DNA from: Octopus sinensis
Lineage: Eukaryota
Length of the DNA stretch: 64,000 nt
Assembly (NCBI RefSeq): GCF_006345805.1
Contig: NC_043000.1
Coordinates: 40,176,001-40,240,000 of the forward strand
Direction of reading: 5' to 3'
Every line of letters begins with the position of its first letter. Position 1 is the first letter of the stretch. Positions 62,368 through 64,000 of the stretch are shown one piece after another. The notes below the pieces were generated by a model. It saw only the letters and a list, made by a program, of their open reading frames with translations, was not told where the DNA came from and did not search any database. The position numbers and the translations under genes are program-made.

Positions 62368-63380
62368 CGAAGGTCAGTTGAAAAGTTTATAGGTTGACCA
62401 AAGTACTCTCATGAAATGCGATCAAGTAAGGTTAATTGTTCAACATAGTCCGCTTTGCGATCCACACACTTCTTCCAACAATGTTGCAGTGCTTGGATCT
62501 CATTGGTGAAGAAGCTTTTCCTGTTGCTCAAAAAAAGTCATCATCAGCAAATATGACGCCATCATCACTGCGATACTTGTTCCCAGCCAAGGCTTTTCTT
62601 GTTGGGGAACAGATGATAATTAGATGAGACCAAATCAAAAGAATAAAGAGGTTGATCAATCAGTTGAAAGCCATAGTCATGCACAGCGGTCATTGAAAGC
62701 AAGGATTTGTGTGCTAGAACACTGCTGAAACTAGGCTCTTTTCGTCAGTTTTCCTGGGCGTTTTGGCCTTGATAGCCTTTCGTAACTGCCTCATAGTACT
62801 CTTCATTGATGGTGTGTCTTTTTGATATAGTCAATAAACACAATGCCTTTTGCATTCCAAAAAACTGAGGCCATCACCCTTCCTGCAGTCAAACGACCTT
62901 GGTCTTCTTTGGAGCAGGTGAGGAAGGGTGTTTCCACTGCATGGAATATGAATCAACACTCATTCTGGGTTACGCAACTTTCAAGGAAACCACCTGGATC
63001 TACCTCAACTAATGTCAAATTTTCCCGTGATGTGATCAGCCTGGTGCACTTTTGATTAGGCGTCACCAAGGTGATACTCACCAAGCTGAAACCTTCTTCA
63101 TGCCAAGTTCATTGTGCAGAATATTTTCAACTTTCTCATAGAATATCCTAAGAGCATTGGCTATTTGATTTATACTCAATCACCTGCTATCCATCAACTC
63201 GTGGTGAACACGATCAATATTTTCTTCAGTAGTGAGAGTTTCAGGACGTTCAAACCTTGGGTCATCTTCAAGTAAAGCCCTTTTTCTGCAGCTACTTGAT
63301 AACACATCGATGCCGAATTTTGTCGATTTTCAAGAAAAGTCGCCACTACTTACTTTTGAAGTCTTCTCTAAACAGACAGA
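62368..63380 (-). mobile_element. Mariner element with a near-complete but disrupted transposase
   Basis: TA|CGAAGGTCAGTTGAAAAGTTT terminus; minus strand [10 protein letters not shown]...LGMKKVSAW...VMASVFWNAKGIVFIDY...IQALQHCWKKCVDRKADYVEQ*; HTH partly deleted. Confidence 0.9.
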
Positions 63381-63399
63381 TATATATATATATATATAC

Positions 63400-63519
<120 letters not shown>

Positions 63520-64000
63520 AATAGATGAGTGTATTTTCACCTTGTTAACAATTAACACGGAAAAATAAATACATAGTTACCAGGGCAGCAAAAATCTCAC
63601 AAGTAAAGGTGTTGTAACTCCTTGTTTATAAAGGTTGAAACTTCGTGTTTACGTTGAATATTTTGAATAATATGAATAAAAAATGGAGTTAACGCAATGC
63701 AATCTTTTCTTCGGGAAAGTGAAAAAAACGAAACTCGTCAATACGACATTTTAACAAAAAATGATGGATTTGTATAGCGATAGACAGAACGCTATTAATA
63801 TTGTTTAAAAAAACGTTATATGATATAACGTCATAAGTAGCTAACAGAAAGAGTAGGGATATTAATAGTGAATGTTAAATATAAAGGAAATTAAAGTTCA
63901 AATTATATATAATGATAGAGACTACTTATATGCACTAAATGTATGTTTCTGCCAATGCTTACATCTGTATGCTCGTTCTATAACCGTGTTTACTAGAGTA

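Overview
AT-rich, repeat-dominated eukaryotic DNA. The SINE families, Dong/R4-type LINE remnants and microsatellite load suggest an octopus/cephalopod genome (inference, not verified). I found no intact host protein-coding gene, and nearly all ORFs in the supplied track are microsatellite read-through. The window is a mosaic of decayed mobile elements: several Tc1/mariner families and MITEs, a Chapaev-like transposase fragment, a non-autonomous Helitron, Penelope-like elements (Poseidon-type and Naiad-type), RLE-type LINEs (Dong/R4-like), L1/Tx1-like and CR1/L2-like fragments, and several tRNA-derived SINE families. Four observations stand out. (1) A 509-bp-period tandem repeat (12386-13238) carries a complete type I hammerhead ribozyme fold in each copy, as a retrozyme or Penelope pLTR would; a second hammerhead-bearing repeat family and several decayed hammerheads occur elsewhere. 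(2) A near full-length 5S rRNA copy is fused to a SINE tail (SINE3-like chimera) inside a mariner element. (3) There are several long fold-back palindromes, one of them a snap-back copy of a Penelope 5' truncation end. (4) Retroelement families are consistently embedded in particular microsatellites ((ATAC)n, (TAA)n, (TATC)n). All alignments and folds were done by eye, and boundaries other than TIRs and ribozyme cores are approximate.
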